From positions 192,001-256,000 of the forward strand of contig CAWHCF010000044.1 in the NCBI GenBank assembly GCA_963827655.1: a stretch of 64,000 nt of DNA. The letters run 5' to 3'. Source of the stretch: an uncultured Acidobacteriota bacterium. GTDB lineage: Bacteria; Acidobacteriota; UBA6911. Position numbers and translations under genes: made by a program. The notes below the pieces were generated by a model that did not search any database, was not told the origin of the DNA, and saw only the letters and a list, made by a program, of their open reading frames with translations. Of the stretch, positions 61,015 through 64,000 are shown one piece after another (position 1 is the first letter of the stretch; the number at the start of each line of letters is the position of its first letter).

Positions 61015-63740
61015 CTACCTGTCTCTGGTCAAGAGCAGGAACAGGGCCGCGCCGATCATGGATGTAAGGCTGACAACCAGTCCCCAGAGAAGAGTCTTCG
61101 ACCGAAAATGGAGTTCGATGGTGTGCTTCCCCGCCGGAACCGGAATCGCGCGCAAGACCAAGTCGCCACGGATTATCGGGGCCGGGCGGCCATCCACGAA
61201 GGCCTCCCATCCGGGATAGAACACCTCGCTCAAGACAACGAACGACGCCCGCCTCAGCTCCGCGACCAGCGTCATCCGGTTCGGTTCGTACGATGTTATC
61301 CCGACCGTGCCAGGTTCCGGTTCTTCCTGAGGAAGCGATTTGGCAATGCTTACGGAATCGATCCAAGGGCCGACACGCCTCCGTCTTCTCGAAAGAGAGA
61401 TGATAGTCAGCGCGATCGACTCGACCCAGGTCCAGAACGGCGCTTCGCGGCCTCTCGGGTTCCAGCTCCTGGTTCAACGATGCGGCGAGCTCTACTGGAA
61501 TCGCGTCACCCCCTGCGGACCTCGCAGGGTCAGGGTTAGACCGCACTTCTCTTCGGGCGCTGCCGGACAAGCTGAAGATCACGAAGCAATGCTCCAGCGG
61601 CTGGTCGGGGCGGAACAGGATCGCTAGTTCATCGCCGGCGCTCGCACCCCAGGCCGGACGAAACACATTCATTTTGTGACGCTCCAGCTCATCCTTGAGC
61701 AGCAGAGCCTTTTTTTCTGAAGCGCTCCGCTGGTCGATGCGTCGTATTTCGATCCCATCACTCTCGTTTCTTGCCTCCTTCCAGAACCAATCGGGAATCA
61801 GGCTCAAGTCCTGTTCGCGCAGAAGGACGGTTTCCCGCGGGGACAGAAGCGGGCTCGCCAGCCAGCCGAGGATTTGTTCCCGGCTGGAAAAGACTCGGTA
61901 GCTGGAGGCGACAAAAGCCCTGGGGACGGCCTTCGGGTTCAGGTAGACGGCATCTCCATCCTCAAAGATCTTTTTCATTCCGGGAATAGCAACCGGGCTG
62001 GGAAAATATCGGACATTCAGCAAGGCGGAGGCGTTGGATGCAGGCCCCCAACCGGTCCCGCGAAAAGCGAAATAGTCCACCAGCGCCGTGGCGCCGTGGC
62101 CCATGGTAGATTCCACTCTCCAGACGTCACCGAAGTTGGGAGGAAAAACCAGCGCGGGATCATCGACTCGGAAATACTCCACCTTCCGCCTGGCTCTGAG
62201 AAATTCCGCGGCCGGACGCTTCTTCCAGGTATTGCGCACATAGGTGTTCTGCTCTTCGGGCTGTCGCCCCTTTCCTGGAAGCGTAGCTGGAAAGCTGCGA
62301 GGAGAGATCCAGGACAACCAGAGCCACAATCAAGCCTCGAAAAACGGGAGGCCGGATCGACCCCGTGTGCAGCATAAAAATCAGAAAGCCCAGAACCGTA
62401 AGGTAGGTTGCCAGCGCGGCCATGCCCGTAATGTATGGATGATCCATCCCCATACCGAAGCGAAAGTGGAGCAACACCATGAGCATTCCTGAAAACAAGA
62501 CGAGAAGGGCGATCCCCCAGCCGGCCCGCCGGACGAACACCCTGAAGATCTCGGCCGGAGCGCCGGAGTATTGGTCTACCAGGTAGTCGAGGCCCCAGCC
62601 CGCCAGCAGGGCAAGGCTCAATTGAAATGGAATCAGGTAGTGAAACACCTCCCGGGCAAACCAGACGCCTGGAATGAAAGTATTGACCCAGCCGTGCAAC
62701 GCGGAGAAAAAGCCCCAACTCAAGAAGAGGTAGAGAAACACTGCGCTCCGAAAGAACCACGCTTCCCTCTGGCGCGCAAACAAGAGCCCAACCAGCGCCA
62801 GAAAGAGCACAAAGCAACCGACGTAGATGCTTGTCCTGGCGCCGAAATAGGGTATCAGCAGGGAAACGACGTCCTGGGGAGCGATGTTGCCCCCGTGCTG
62901 GAGCTCTGAGTACGGCACCTTTTGCCCCCAGACCACCGGCGGAGCACTTCCAGTCCATCGATAAACGCCGCGGGCCCATTCCGACGCCGGCAACCACTGT
63001 AAGGTAGTAATCAGAACTCCGGTGATAGCTACGACGGCCAGCGCCAGAAGAATTCCGGTTCTCGCCTTCCAGGGGGATTTCCAATCTTGCAGGAGGGTGA
63101 AGACAGCATAAAAGAAAAGGAAGAGCCCGGTGTGGATGGCCGGGATATGATGTCCGGGAAGAAAGGTCAGCGCCAGTCCGATCCCGCCCCAGACTCCCCA
63201 GCGAACGCGCGCCTTCCAATGCTCCGACAGAAGCGCGCGACGGAAGCAAAGAATGACCAGCGGCATCCAGACAAAGCCGCTCAGCTTGTTCACATAGCCG
63301 AAGATATGAACGGTATAGCCGCCCAGCGCAAATGAAACTCCCGCGACTGCAGCGCCGTAAGGCAAAAGACCGATAGACCGGGCCAGCAGGAAGGTGAAAC
63401 AGGCCATAAGGAAGTAGTTGAGGATCAAGAGGGCCTGCATGCCGTCAAGGTTGATTCCCCCTCCCCGCGCCGGCAGCAGCATGAAGATCCAGTTTAGAGG
63501 ATAAAACAACCCCGGCTGCGGTTCTCCCATGAAAGGCTTGCCGGAGTAAACATACGGGTCCCAGAGAATGAGTGTTCCCTTCTTGAACCAGTACGACGCC
63601 ACATCGAACCAGGGGTAGTACGCGCTGGCGACATCACCACCGATGAGAAGGGTGAATTCACCGTGGAAGATTACCTTCCAGAACGCCAGCATCGTCACGA
63701 TAAGAAAGAAGACTGGCGGATATAGTTTCCGGCCCATCAT
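61015..63740 (-). CDS. YfhO-family membrane protein, paralogue 2, several frameshifts
   Basis: Colinear with paralogue 1 (WDPYVYSGK, PGVWFAREVFHYL, FPPNFGD.WR.ES.MGHGAT, VLSEVFYPGWEAFVDG). Confidence 0.82.
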
Positions 63741-63802
63741 CGTTGATCGGGAAATAACAAATGGATGCTTCGCGTTTCTTGGTGTCTTCGAGTCTTTGCT
63801 GG

Positions 63803-64000
63803 TTAGTGCGGCGGAACAAGGCTCGACCACCAAGACTTAAGGACTCGAAGAAACGCTAAGTGCTTTCTCAGTCTGGTCGTGCTCCCACCCTGGGCCGCAA
63901 GCAGTTGAGCCAGCCATTGACTCTTCTTCTCGAACTCTTCCTCAACAAACACCAGACGCATGTATTCCGTGAGCAACGGGACGAACCAATCACCCATGCG
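63803..64000 (-). CDS. C-terminal fragment of a gene entering from the right edge
   Basis: RMGDWFVPLLTEYMRLVFVEEEFEKKSQWLAQLL.. is helical and protein-like; its tail runs into a repeat. Confidence 0.4.
   Translation of the reverse strand, partial: RMGDWFVPLLTEYMRLVFVEEEFEKKSQWLAQLLAAQGGSTTRLRKHLAFLRVLKSWWSSLVPPH

Overview
GC-rich bacterial chromosome segment, most likely Acidobacteriota (inference from the Oar-type TonB receptor, the CRTAC1/ASPIC-UnbV proteins and the TPR-rich genes). Many single-base frameshifts point to a long-read or MAG consensus with indel errors. Housekeeping content: asd-lysC-dapB-dapA-dapD, pruA, polA, ligA, polX and a ygfZ-like gene. Accessory content: a TonB receptor/CRTAC1/TPR/7-heme cytochrome cluster, a PA2779-C39 peptidase-TPR/beta-barrel operon, two type II TA pairs, tandem YfhO-like genes and a tandem-PAP2/vanadium haloperoxidase-like gene. 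The most notable signal is a set of mobile elements that use one abundant 8-nt-period extragenic repeat (about ACCAC(G/T)AAGAC(A/G)CGAAG, 20 or more copies here). A complete IS110/IS1111-type element (7349-9068) is inserted in one copy. Its 3' non-coding end folds into a bridge-RNA-like structure whose loops match its own target (10/10 nt) and its circle junction (7/7 nt). A 240-bp MITE (41151-41390) sits at the same motif of another copy. No rRNA, tRNA or CRISPR array was recognised.
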